Positions 46,685-56,409 of a stretch of DNA of 64,000 nucleotides are shown here, one piece after another. The first letter of the stretch is position 1. Each line of letters opens with the position of its first letter. The stretch lies in IMG/VR virus record IMGVR_UViG_3300045995_000378. One strand, written 5' to 3'. Source of the stretch: a virus. The translations under genes were made by a program, and so were the position numbers. The notes beneath the pieces were generated by a model. That model saw nothing but the letters and a program-made list of their open reading frames with translations. It was not told the DNA's origin and did not search any database.

Positions 46685-47373
46685 TTACTCCGTTGGAAGA
46701 GGGCTATGCCACAAGGATTAGTCACATTGGTTGGCGATATCCACTCATTGATAAACTTGTAATCCGCGTGAGTCTTCATCTCCCTTACTACCCTCTCAAC
46801 CTCGCCGCCATTCCACACTGAATCATGGAGGAAGAGGTATCCACCGGGGGCAATCATGGGCGCGAAGTGTACAATATCCATCATTGTCTCCATGTAGGTA
46901 TGCACAGCATCAAGAATGACAAGATCAAAAGGTGCATATTTCTTGGCACGGCGCACCGCGTTCTCGGATTGCGAATCGTCTATGATTTCAATAGTGTCAA
47001 TTTCGCGTAATATTCTACCACGATGGAAACATTGAGGATGGGAGTTATTGTCTACGATTATAATGGTTTTGGGGTGGAAATAGTGATTGAATAAGAACGT
47101 GGTTCCACCAGCTGCCGCGCCTACTTCAAGGTAGGAATTTATCTGCACATTATTGGATAGAAGGTAATGGATACAGGGACCTATTTCGTCTATAACCTGC
47201 TGGCAAAAGTTTCCACCTACGAACGAACCTTCCATCTGACCGAAGGTGTTGAAATCCTCAGTGCCGTGGGAGATTACAAATTGCTGGATTTCTTCAATAG
47301 TGGGGATAACCTGCTTAGTCGGGTTCGGTTTAAGATCGGCAATCTTGATTTTGGTTTTAACTTCTTCTTCCAT
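46681..47373 (-). CDS. class I SAM-dependent O-methyltransferase, Methyltransf_24 (CmcI/TylF-like)
   Basis: LEVGAAAGGTT motif I, IIIVDNN, DLVILDAVHTY (FIDADH-type motif). Confidence 0.55.
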   Translation of the reverse strand: MEEEVKTKIKIADLKPNPTKQVIPTIEEIQQFVISHGTEDFNTFGQMEGSFVGGNFCQQVIDEIGPCIHYLLSNNVQINSYLEVGAAAGGTTFLFNHYFHPKTIIIVDNNSHPQCFHRGRILREIDTIEIIDDSQSENAVRRAKKYAPFDLVILDAVHTYMETMMDIVHFAPMIAPGGYLFLHDSVWNGGEVERVVREMKTHADYKFINEWISPTNVTNPCGIALFQRSK

Positions 47374-47403
47374 TATTGGATAGCTCCTTTCTTTGGTTCA
47401 GGT

Positions 47404-48018
47404 TCAGCCGAATAATCTTAATTGAGCATGGCTGTCATTATTGCTTTTTATTATATTGCACTGATGGCATAAGCACCGCGTATTTCGCATAGAATGTTCT
47501 CCACCATTACTTAATGATATTATATGGTCAAGATTTGGATATAACATATGATTAACATTTTTGAAATCAGGTCTCGTTTTCTTCTTACAAATTTGGCACC
47601 TATATCCATCTCGTTTAAAAACATCAATAGGATTAAATTGTTCATATCCCACGCCAAACTTCGCAGATTTTCTCTTGTAATTTTTATTCCTCATCACAGA
47701 TTTGCCTTGTTCAGTCTGCCAATATTCCTTTTCCCATGCTGATATTTCTTCTTTGTGTGTTAGCCGATAGATTATTGCGGTCTTCTTTATTTCTTCTTTA
47801 TGTGACTGATTATACTCCTTGCTGTACGCTGCTCTTTTTTCTTTATTAGCATCGCGAAACTTTTTCTCTTGAGCTAATCGTTGTTCTCTGGTTGCTGCAC
47901 GATATGCCTTAGCCCTAACAGCAGCCTCTGCTTTATGTTCATGGTAATGTTTTCTACCATATTCCAACCGCTTCGCTATCGTAGCAGCACTATACACCAG
48001 AAAGCACCTCCGCTGCAA
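47404..48018 (-). CDS. HNH endonuclease
   Basis: CQICKKK...NLDHIISLSNGGEHSMRNTRCLCHQCN. Confidence 0.7.
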   Translation of the reverse strand: MQRRCFLVYSAATIAKRLEYGRKHYHEHKAEAAVRAKAYRAATREQRLAQEKKFRDANKEKRAAYSKEYNQSHKEEIKKTAIIYRLTHKEEISAWEKEYWQTEQGKSVMRNKNYKRKSAKFGVGYEQFNPIDVFKRDGYRCQICKKKTRPDFKNVNHMLYPNLDHIISLSNGGEHSMRNTRCLCHQCNIIKSNNDSHAQLRLFG

Positions 48019-48178
48019 TATCCCACTCTTCTATAGCCAACATCATTTCATCAGGTGTCCTTTTCCCAGCCGACCGGAACATTCTCTCGTCGTCGTTGTC
48101 GTCCATTGTCGGGGGGATTTCAATCCACCGGTAGGCTATCCATTCTTTGCGGGTGATGTCATTTAATTTCTTCTCCAT
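47990..48178 (-). CDS. hypothetical protein (62 aa)
   Basis: ORF. Confidence 0.35.
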   Translation of the reverse strand: MEKKLNDITRKEWIAYRWIEIPPTMDDNDDERMFRSAGKRTPDEMMLAIEEWDIAAEVLSGV

Positions 48179-48179
48179 T

Positions 48180-48368
48180 CTATTCCTCTCCTATCCGTCG
48201 CCACTCGTGGCCGTAATATTTAGTAAATCCAAATAGCCTTGGAATTAAATGCCACAAGGGGCGTGATAGCACCATGTGTTTCCCATTCCAGCCCGGAGGG
48301 GGCCACTTGCCACCCGCTCTTAAATCCTCTTCTAAATCATCAGCGTAAATCCTTGCACTCATAAACAT
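48180..48368 (-). CDS. hypothetical protein (62 aa)
   Basis: ORF. Confidence 0.35.
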   Translation of the reverse strand: MFMSARIYADDLEEDLRAGGKWPPPGWNGKHMVLSRPLWHLIPRLFGFTKYYGHEWRRIGEE

Positions 48369-48404
48369 TCCTTTCTTAAATTAAAATAGGCAGGCAGTGC
48401 CTTG

Positions 48405-48695
48405 TTAAATCTTATCTACCGTCCGTCCTTCATTGTTCAAGATAAAAATTGGCGAATGAGCCATAATATCTATTGGCTTTTTATCACCCCTGAATAACGA
48501 AAGCTCCCATATTTGGTTCTGGTTCGCTGCCTCGGTGAAATCTAACACCGATCTTAGGGAAACGACACCAAATTCCGTAACCGCATCTACCATCTTTGAA
48601 CAAAAACGCGCATTCACACTGTACCTATCTACATCACCAAAAACTTCCCACCGTTCTGTTTCTTTTGTTACTCCATGCGAAAATTTGATTATCAT
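48405..48695 (-). CDS. hypothetical protein (96 aa)
   Basis: ORF. Confidence 0.4.
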   Translation of the reverse strand: MIIKFSHGVTKETERWEVFGDVDRYSVNARFCSKMVDAVTEFGVVSLRSVLDFTEAANQNQIWELSLFRGDKKPIDIMAHSPIFILNNEGRTVDKI

Positions 48696-48965
48696 TTTTC
48701 TGCCTCTCTTCTTTTCTATTGAGACTATCTTCGTTCAAATAGATTTTTTTGCCAAATTGTGTCTTCCAGTAGAGAAAGTTGGAATCACTATTTTCTATTT
48801 GAACTGGATGGTGCATTGTCTCTACCTGCCTTTCTGTCTATGGCCTGCCTGCCTATTTATTTTTTACCAGCAAAATGGAATGCTATTCCTTGTCCTATCG
48901 TCAGCCCGACAAAAAACACCATAATCAAATCGCCTATGAATTCGCTTACAGTTATTTCAAGCATC

Positions 48966-49376
48966 TTACGTCCCTTCCCTTCTAAAGATACACACCATCG
49001 ATGGTCTCATTGAACCATTCTTTGAGAAACCAACAAATTTCACCCTTCCTCGCAAGAACCTAATTTCCGCCTTTCCATAAACATAATCATGGAACCATGC
49101 CGTATCAGTATTTACAAAAACCAAGAAGACAATCGTTTTTGCCTCTTTCTTTAATTCCTCATGTGCCTTTACAAGCCATTTTTTAACTTGTGAATAAGGT
49201 GGATTGACAAAAACATTGCCCCGCCATTCCATGTCAAGTCCGTTCACCATTGATTTCAAAGGGCAGGGATCAAGATCAAAATGAAATTCAGAATCAAGCT
49301 GACGATACAACCATTCAGGGGTTGCCCAATCATCCGTTACTTTTGATCCAAATAAGTCTGTTTGATTTTTATTCAC
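48966..49376 (-). CDS. dam: phage-type DNA N6-adenine methyltransferase (Dam, pfam05869-like)
   Basis: DDWATPEWLYRQL...FDLDPCP N-terminus and NPPYS motif. Confidence 0.7.
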   Translation of the reverse strand: MNKNQTDLFGSKVTDDWATPEWLYRQLDSEFHFDLDPCPLKSMVNGLDMEWRGNVFVNPPYSQVKKWLVKAHEELKKEAKTIVFLVFVNTDTAWFHDYVYGKAEIRFLRGRVKFVGFSKNGSMRPSMVCIFRREGT

Positions 49377-49393
49377 TTATTGCAATTCCTTTC

Positions 49394-49807
49394 TTATGCG
49401 GTTTGATAGACGATTTCGTAATCAATTACCCAGTGAAAAAGTAGCGAACTTCCATCTTGCAACGATGAATTATCCTCAACCATTGTAACAAGATTTTGGC
49501 GCTGAAACTGAACACAATTCTTGCCGGTGATGGTTAGCACACAATCGTCAAGTAAGGTAGTTAAATCAGTATACATTGTGGTGATTTCCACTCTACCCGA
49601 TGTCATTGCGGAGAATAGGTCGAACTGGATTAAGACAGACTCGCCGGTTTTCTGGAATACGTTATCAGGCACACCGGAAACTATTGAGTAGACTAAGTAT
49701 GGCATGTCGGCAGTGTCGGCGGTATCTCGGTAAACTCTTCCACCACAGTCGTTATATATATTGGAATCAAGGAGTTTAGCGTCGATTGCTGAGAAGAGGA
49801 TTTGCAT
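49394..49807 (-). CDS. putative neck/tail completion protein
   Basis: position directly downstream of the head-tail adaptor. Confidence 0.3.
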   Translation of the reverse strand: MQILFSAIDAKLLDSNIYNDCGGRVYRDTADTADMPYLVYSIVSGVPDNVFQKTGESVLIQFDLFSAMTSGRVEITTMYTDLTTLLDDCVLTITGKNCVQFQRQNLVTMVEDNSSLQDGSSLLFHWVIDYEIVYQTA

Positions 49808-50121
49808 TATGCTACCTCACGAATCTGGATTTCCATCCACTCATTCTTACCACTTAAATTGATAGGGGGTGCAGCTATGTTTAGTACCGTAACTCCATTC
49901 ACCAATATGCGCCACGTTACCAATATTCTCACAGGCCGGTAACGGATACGAACCTTGCCGGTGATGGTGCCACCTAATGCGAGGGCTTGGATACGCTCAA
50001 CGGATGTTAATGGCCACCACGCGCCCTTAGCAGTGAAGATGGTCTGCCATCCAACCACTCCGTTAGCATCTTTCGTGGGAGCTTGGAATATCAAGTTACG
50101 ATTTAAGTCACCTAAGCGCAT
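49807..50121 (-). CDS. head-tail adaptor/joining protein (Phage_H_T_join-like)
   Basis: 104 aa; LNRNLIFQ...GAWWPLTSVERIQA...GKVRIRYRP...NIAAPPINLSG pattern typical of the family. Confidence 0.55.
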   Translation of the reverse strand: MRLGDLNRNLIFQAPTKDANGVVGWQTIFTAKGAWWPLTSVERIQALALGGTITGKVRIRYRPVRILVTWRILVNGVTVLNIAAPPINLSGKNEWMEIQIREVA

Positions 50122-50131
50122 GATTCAATTC

Positions 50132-51421
50132 CTAAAAGTCAAAGTCCATATCATTCAGCTTACCACACTGGTTCACGAAACGTCCGTAAGTATCACTTTT
50201 AATAACCGTCTGACCTGTAGTCTTGTCGCCCTTATCGGTAAAATTATCCGCACAGTGACATTTAATTGCTCTTTTGAAACTTACAGGGACTTCCGCCGCC
50301 GTAGCCCAACCACAAACATATCGAATTGTAATCGGATTATGAGGATAAAGTTCTCCACTTGGCCACGAACCGCCGTACAGAAGTCCGACAAATCCGCATT
50401 GAGTCCCATTTATCACTACAACATAATCGGTATTTTCAACAAGGGTTGTAACTGTTCCGGCTGAATCTATCCACGTCACGGATGTCACGCTGACAAGATT
50501 TCCCCATGGTAATTTAATCCTATTTCCAGAAGGCCATTTCTTTGGGCAATAATCCCAAACCTGCTGCATGATACGCTTAGAAGTATCGTTTTCAACTGAT
50601 AGTCTACCCGCTGCAATCAATTCGATAAGGTTGGTATCTTCGGAGACATTCGGTTCCCAGACCATGATTGAAGTTCCGAAATCACATGATGCTACGAGTG
50701 TTTTGGCTACAGTTCGGATATATTGCTTAGTGCCGGTATAGGTTTTCTCCTGAATGACCGTATCGTTTAATTCCGTTACCTGCGTAAACGCCCCTGTCGC
50801 CCAATCGGTATAGGGCCCGGCAAGAACATCGGCTTCCTGAATCTTGACATCCACCGTCCCGCTAGCTCCGTTATTCACCGGGGTCAGATAGACGACTGCT
50901 GCACGACCTAAGACATTCACCGCTGTCCCTAAGAGGGTGTATGCAGTCACGACCCCATGAGATCCGGATGCAATAGAGGTGTATAGGGTCGAATCCGTCG
51001 CCATCGTGCCTGAATCTATACCTAATGCTGTGCGAAGTTCTGCAATTGTCACGGGTTCTAAGGTAGGTTCGGTAACACATCTTGTCCCCCCACCTGAAGA
51101 TGATACCGAACTGGGGATCTCAAGAACCGACAAGATTCCATCTAATTCATAAGTCGAAGCAGGAGTGCCATCACCGATAATCGTGCAGGTTAATAAATAA
51201 TTCCGGCCACTTGTACCATTCTGCACCCATCCATATACAATCTTAGTTGAAAAAGTTTGGTTGCCGACCTCCAGAATTGTTGTGGAAACATCAAGACCGG
51301 TAGTTTGATCTATTGCGGTTATGATTGCCGATGCTATGTTTTCAGTGCCTAACGGCAGAGTGAAATCAAAACTAATCGCATAGGCTTCGGAGGGCTGCTT
51401 GGACGAAAATTGAGTTGACAT
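50132..51421 (-). CDS. structural protein with gp6-like head-tail connector motif in the middle
   Basis: VTIAELRTALGIDSGTMATDSTLYTSIASGS resembles the gp6 connector signature; N- and C-terminal extensions. Confidence 0.3.
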   Translation of the reverse strand: MSTQFSSKQPSEAYAISFDFTLPLGTENIASAIITAIDQTTGLDVSTTILEVGNQTFSTKIVYGWVQNGTSGRNYLLTCTIIGDGTPASTYELDGILSVLEIPSSVSSSGGGTRCVTEPTLEPVTIAELRTALGIDSGTMATDSTLYTSIASGSHGVVTAYTLLGTAVNVLGRAAVVYLTPVNNGASGTVDVKIQEADVLAGPYTDWATGAFTQVTELNDTVIQEKTYTGTKQYIRTVAKTLVASCDFGTSIMVWEPNVSEDTNLIELIAAGRLSVENDTSKRIMQQVWDYCPKKWPSGNRIKLPWGNLVSVTSVTWIDSAGTVTTLVENTDYVVVINGTQCGFVGLLYGGSWPSGELYPHNPITIRYVCGWATAAEVPVSFKRAIKCHCADNFTDKGDKTTGQTVIKSDTYGRFVNQCGKLNDMDFDF

Positions 51422-51424
51422 AAT

Positions 51425-54091
51425 TTATGCTCCCGTTATCCGCGAACCGGCAGATATGTCTTTTACCCGTTCCGGCGATGATAACCCGGATGTTGTTGAT
51501 GGACTTATTATATTACTATTTTTAGTTGTTGCAAATATTACTTTTGAATTGAATGGTGATGTCGCTTGATCGGCTGATCGTATCTCCGGGTACGTGCGTG
51601 TGATGTAGAATGTGTCGCGAATAGATGTAAGATCAACATTGCTCAATGTGCCAAACATATCAATGACTAACAATAAAAATTGATCAGTTACAGTGTTGAT
51701 ATCGGATTGGATAGAATTGAACCGGTCAAAAAGAACTGAAAACTGGTCGTAGGTTAATAAAGTTTCGACTCGATTGATTAGATAAACGTCCTGCTGAATC
51801 GTGGGAATATCGGAAATGGTTAATGATTCAGATTGAGATTTGTTTATAACGTCCATCATTATTGTGATTGAATCTTGGATGGTGGACAATTCCTGCTTGA
51901 AAACTCCATAGCTTCCAAATGGAATTGAAATAGTAAAGGTATCGGAAATAGTTGAAGATTCTGATATGAAGGTATTGAATAAATCTAACATTACGGCAAT
52001 TGAATCTTTAAGTGTAGATAGTTCATGTAAAAGTAATTCAGAACTCCTCCACGATGAACTAATAGCAAATGAATCCCCAACCGTAGCGGAATCGGAATAC
52101 GAGATATTGAACAAATTTAACATTGCAGAGAAGGAATCAGACACAGTTGCATAATCTGACTTAATTGCATTATAGGCATCAAATATTATAGATAATCGTT
52201 CGGCCAATGAGGTGCTTTCAGATATTGACTGGATTAGTTGTTCATATTGAATAATTGCGGCATCCGCAGTTGTTGTCATTTCTGATTGATGTTTGACAAT
52301 TAAATCAACCATAATAGTAACAAAGTCGGTAATCGTGGCTTTATCAATATTGCTTAATTCAAATCCACCATATAAAATTGCTATGGTGAGTATATCAGCA
52401 AAAGTTGTGCGGTCTATTAAAGAAACATTGTATTGGTCAAGCATTAAACTAGCTATGTCTTGAATCGTTGAACTATCTAAAGCTGATAAATTCAAAGTAT
52501 CAAGCATTATGGCAAGCGTGTCTCGAATAGTGATTTGCTCTGTATTAGAAATATTATAAATATCCAATTGGAGGGAAAGAATATCTCGCAAGGTTAAAGA
52601 CTCTGACCTACTACTTACCAGAACATCAAACATCACGCTGAAGGTATCTTTAATTGTTGCTGTGTCAACGGAAGCTATTACGAACTGGTCAAACATTACC
52701 AATGCTATATCCCGAAGTGTGGCTTTATCTACTAATAAGGGGACAAAGGCATCTAAAATAATACTAATTACATCTTTGATAGTTGCGCGATCTGATAACG
52801 AAAGGTTAAAATCTACAAGAAATATTTCTAATTCAATTGCCAGAATATCCTTAGCTGTGGCCACTTCTATATTGTTGGCATTAAGAACATCAAGAATAAT
52901 AAATAGGGTGTCCTGGGTAGTTAACCTGTCTATGCCAACAATTATGAGTTTATCTAAAATAAGGGAAAGAACGTCGCTAACGGTAGCACTATCTATGCTT
53001 GATACGTTTAATGTATCAAGGATCAGGCTGAAAATGTCCCGGGTAGTAGCATTGTCTACATTGCTGACATTTAATTTATCGAGGATTGCAATAAAGGTAT
53101 CACTAACTGTAGCATTATCTGCCGCCGACACATTTAATTTATCAAGAATTACAGCCAAAATGTCTTGAGTAGTTGCTATGTCTTGGTTAGAAACATTGAG
53201 AATGTCAAGAATGATAGTCAATGTTTCACGAATGGTTGCTGTATCCGCATTGGCTGTAATTAGTGTATCGAACATTACTGTCAAGATGTCTTGAACAGTA
53301 GTTTTATCAACCTGAGCCGAACAAAGTACATCAAGAATCAATATGAAGATTTCTTTGATTGTTGTTTTTTCAGGCGAAACTCCCGCAGTGCTTTCCTGTA
53401 CAAAAGTGTCACCATCTTCGGTTAATAAAGAAAAGCCGTCTTCCATCAACAACTTTCCGCCCACAACACTAGAATTTATATAAATGTCAACAATAGAAGA
53501 GATTAAAGATAGAGTTGCTGTTTCAGACAAGGTTGCTTGGTCAAGATTGGATTGGTTAATAATATTGAAAAACAAAGTTGCCATATCCCGAATTGTCGCG
53601 ATATCTTGATTTGATGTTACAAGAATATCGAAAAGTAAGGTAGCCACATCTTGGATGGTAAAGTTTTCAGTACCAGATGAATTAAGTTGATCTAAGATTA
53701 GGGTGATAACATCCCGCGTTGTTACCGTGCTTGCGATTTGTGCGTTAAGAGTATCAAGGACGATCGAACTGACATCACTAATAGTAGCAGCATCAATGTT
53801 GTTAGCCTTCATAGCGTCAATGATTATGGAAACTATGTCTTGGACTGTTGCTGAATCTAATCGGGAAAGGGGGATGTCTGTAATGATTGACTGTAGGGAT
53901 ATGGTAATTATTTCCTGAATAGTGGCAAACTCATCATTATTAGCAATGTTAAGTTTATCTAAAATCAAGGTAACAATATCTTGATTCGTAATAGTCTCAT
54001 TATCTGCCACATTCAAGACATTAAGAATGACGGTTTTAATGTCTTGAATGGTTGCTTTCTCTGATTTTGCTACTGCTCGTGCTGTCGTCAT
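51425..54091 (-). CDS. 888-aa protein composed of ~35 degenerate ~20-aa tandem repeats (ATIQDIxTLILDxLNxSNxD); fibrous structural protein?
   Basis: continuous ORF; repeat visible along nearly the whole protein and as ~60-bp periodicity in the DNA. Confidence 0.6.
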   Translation of the reverse strand: MTTARAVAKSEKATIQDIKTVILNVLNVADNETITNQDIVTLILDKLNIANNDEFATIQEIITISLQSIITDIPLSRLDSATVQDIVSIIIDAMKANNIDAATISDVSSIVLDTLNAQIASTVTTRDVITLILDQLNSSGTENFTIQDVATLLFDILVTSNQDIATIRDMATLFFNIINQSNLDQATLSETATLSLISSIVDIYINSSVVGGKLLMEDGFSLLTEDGDTFVQESTAGVSPEKTTIKEIFILILDVLCSAQVDKTTVQDILTVMFDTLITANADTATIRETLTIILDILNVSNQDIATTQDILAVILDKLNVSAADNATVSDTFIAILDKLNVSNVDNATTRDIFSLILDTLNVSSIDSATVSDVLSLILDKLIIVGIDRLTTQDTLFIILDVLNANNIEVATAKDILAIELEIFLVDFNLSLSDRATIKDVISIILDAFVPLLVDKATLRDIALVMFDQFVIASVDTATIKDTFSVMFDVLVSSRSESLTLRDILSLQLDIYNISNTEQITIRDTLAIMLDTLNLSALDSSTIQDIASLMLDQYNVSLIDRTTFADILTIAILYGGFELSNIDKATITDFVTIMVDLIVKHQSEMTTTADAAIIQYEQLIQSISESTSLAERLSIIFDAYNAIKSDYATVSDSFSAMLNLFNISYSDSATVGDSFAISSSWRSSELLLHELSTLKDSIAVMLDLFNTFISESSTISDTFTISIPFGSYGVFKQELSTIQDSITIMMDVINKSQSESLTISDIPTIQQDVYLINRVETLLTYDQFSVLFDRFNSIQSDINTVTDQFLLLVIDMFGTLSNVDLTSIRDTFYITRTYPEIRSADQATSPFNSKVIFATTKNSNIISPSTTSGLSSPERVKDISAGSRITGA

Positions 54092-54092
54092 T

Positions 54093-54428
54093 TCACATCA
54101 TCCGTTCTCGTGATCCAACTTTTTCGGCTACATGAATCCTTAACACACCATCATCAATTGCTATTGGGATGTCCTCTTGGTACTTACAGCCTAGTTCTTT
54201 TAATTCGGCATAATGGGTCTCGTATCCTGACTTACAGAAACGTGGTCTACTCTCATATATCTTACATTTCCCATCTTCAGCTAATTCCTTACAAGGATGA
54301 TTAAAAAACACTGTCTGCCCTATCATCCGGCCACCCCGAACCGCAATGTGCTTTATATCATAAGCAAAACTTGAAACTGGTAAGGTTAAAAATCTGCAAC
54401 ATATCCCACATTTGGCGCAAGTACCCAT
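54093..54428 (-). CDS. YkgJ-like CxxCxxCC zinc/iron-chelating domain protein
   Basis: CAKCGICCRF motif. Confidence 0.5.
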   Translation of the reverse strand: MGTCAKCGICCRFLTLPVSSFAYDIKHIAVRGGRMIGQTVFFNHPCKELAEDGKCKIYESRPRFCKSGYETHYAELKELGCKYQEDIPIAIDDGVLRIHVAEKVGSRERMM

Positions 54429-55027
54429 TATCCTACCATCCCAAATATGTCACCCGTAGTAACATCATCTACAAACCCAAATACATTAGAAGGAATGTTG
54501 CCACCTTCCCAGTCATCGGCTGTAGAATTCAGGTAATAAATGGCGAACCCTGCGCTACCAGATGTAATGTCACTATCAACTGCTGTCACTCGTAATATAC
54601 CATTTTGAAGCAATGTGAGATTAGTTCCTACAACTCGTAATTCCCAAATATCACCAACTACCGCAGTAAGTCCGGAAGTACTTCCAATAGTAGTTTGTGT
54701 CCCGGTAATAAATTTCTGAATTAAAAAAGTGGTTCCATCATCACATCCACCCAGATAACAAGTTTTTTCTGACGCAGACTGTCTGACAATTAGCTTATGA
54801 CTCCATTCCGTCTCACTATTTTGTGCAGTAATTTTTATTTTGCTATATTGATTGTTCTCAAATACATCTAACCCCCAATACGCACCACATTCACCATTAA
54901 CTCCCAAAGAATTTCTTACTACTCCTGATAATTTTTTTAGTGGATCTGATGGGAAAGGATTAGTAACCCAATTTGTGTTTAAAGGATTCTCGTCTCCAAT
55001 AAAAGAATCAATTGCTGGTAATGTCAT
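54428..55027 (-). CDS. tail fibre/receptor-binding-like protein (start trimmed to ATG)
   Basis: track start is a TTG; beta-rich, Thr/Gly-rich. Confidence 0.35.
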   Translation of the reverse strand: MTLPAIDSFIGDENPLNTNWVTNPFPSDPLKKLSGVVRNSLGVNGECGAYWGLDVFENNQYSKIKITAQNSETEWSHKLIVRQSASEKTCYLGGCDDGTTFLIQKFITGTQTTIGSTSGLTAVVGDIWELRVVGTNLTLLQNGILRVTAVDSDITSGSAGFAIYYLNSTADDWEGGNIPSNVFGFVDDVTTGDIFGMVG

Positions 55028-55140
55028 AATTTTATCTCTCGAATAATTGCTTGTTGATAACCATTCTTTAAGATTTTGGCACTTTCTTTTTACTGAACCC
55101 AAAAAACACTAGATAAAAAGCGAATAAAATTACCATCAAA

Positions 55141-55602
55141 TTAAGCTACTACATACTCAAAGGTAATAATCGCCCGTGTTATGGTTCCATCTACGCTTGT
55201 CGTCTTCCAGCCTATGTAATTGCCAGCCGCTATACTGGCGTTCGATAATGCACCATCATCATTTGTATTAGTATCTGCTGCACCAACAATATCAGAACCG
55301 TCCACAACAGCACCGTTTAAACCATTGGAATCATATTCATACATCTGACCTGTAATAGAAATTCCACCTATACACAAAACATGAATAGCGGTAATTGTTA
55401 AATTTACAGGCGCACGCCATAAAGGACTATCTGCCGTAGCGGTTGGAGAAGTAATTACAAAGGATTTGGATAGCGCCAATGCTTTACTGAGACTAGCTAC
55501 GGACACCTTCTTGTTTGCGCCCCCAGCATCAACTTCAACTAACATATTAGTCGAAACGAGAGCGGTATCTTCAGTTAATTGACTTATTTTTTGATCAGCC
55601 AT
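55141..55602 (-). CDS. tail fibre N-terminal domain protein
   Basis: MADQKISQLTE N-terminus. Confidence 0.35.
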   Translation of the reverse strand: MADQKISQLTEDTALVSTNMLVEVDAGGANKKVSVASLSKALALSKSFVITSPTATADSPLWRAPVNLTITAIHVLCIGGISITGQMYEYDSNGLNGAVVDGSDIVGAADTNTNDDGALSNASIAAGNYIGWKTTSVDGTITRAIITFEYVVA

Positions 55603-56409
55603 TTATTTCACCTTCGCGTACTGCAATTCTTCACCGGCAATCGGGTATTGTTGACCATCCATCGCAATGTGACGGCAGAAGATATTAGTGTCACAGAGTA
55701 CCGACCACTTCTTTTTCTGGATATCCGGCCACCCAGCACGTTCGTAAATCTTCTCTTTCTTCAAGCGATTATAGAAAAAGATATCCTCTGTCCCGCCTTC
55801 GGTTTTCCACTCATTCTTTTCGGAATCATAATAGGTCCGGCTGGGAGTCTCGAATATCCGCCGGACTGTTTGCGTTCCCATCTTATATTCTTCAGAATCC
55901 TTGTAAATCACCTCAAGAATCGAACGATGGATAAGGTTGCAACCAAGCCCCATTGCCTGTAACCAAACCAAGTCTCCCATCTTCCAGTCCATGAAGTAGG
56001 ATGATCCATATTCACGGTACATTAGGGGCTCTGCTGGAACACCTTTAGTGAAGTATAACCCACCAAGAACGGGTACTGTCCCCTTCATCATCCAAGTATT
56101 AAGACGGCTAAAGGTATCATAAGGAAGAATTACATCGTGATCGAGGAACAGGAGCCATTCGAAGTCCCCTTTAATAAATGCATCAACTGCTGAATTCCGG
56201 GCATCAGCAACAAGGAATCCCATTGGAGAATACTGATCCATCCACTGGATTATTTCTACCTGAGACCAGTTTGTAGGGATACCTTGACCATAGCGTGAGA
56301 GCATCCATTCAGCACGAACAAGACCGGTAAGAGGAACGGAGATTAAAAGTCTCTTGCCATATTTAACCTGGGCATTGACTATCGTTGAATTACGCTTTAG
56401 GAGTTTCAT
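55603..56409 (-). CDS. GT-A fold glycosyltransferase (GT2-like)
   Basis: N-terminal RLLISVPLTG..., DXD motif in LFLDHDVILPYD. Confidence 0.5.
   Translation of the reverse strand: MKLLKRNSTIVNAQVKYGKRLLISVPLTGLVRAEWMLSRYGQGIPTNWSQVEIIQWMDQYSPMGFLVADARNSAVDAFIKGDFEWLLFLDHDVILPYDTFSRLNTWMMKGTVPVLGGLYFTKGVPAEPLMYREYGSSYFMDWKMGDLVWLQAMGLGCNLIHRSILEVIYKDSEEYKMGTQTVRRIFETPSRTYYDSEKNEWKTEGGTEDIFFYNRLKKEKIYERAGWPDIQKKKWSVLCDTNIFCRHIAMDGQQYPIAGEELQYAKVK

Noticed and set aside
51425-54091. Nucleotide-level ~60-bp periodicity considered as a CRISPR array or satellite
   Set aside because: Repeats are degenerate with no unique spacers, and they lie in one continuous 888-codon ORF. They are coding repeats, not CRISPR.
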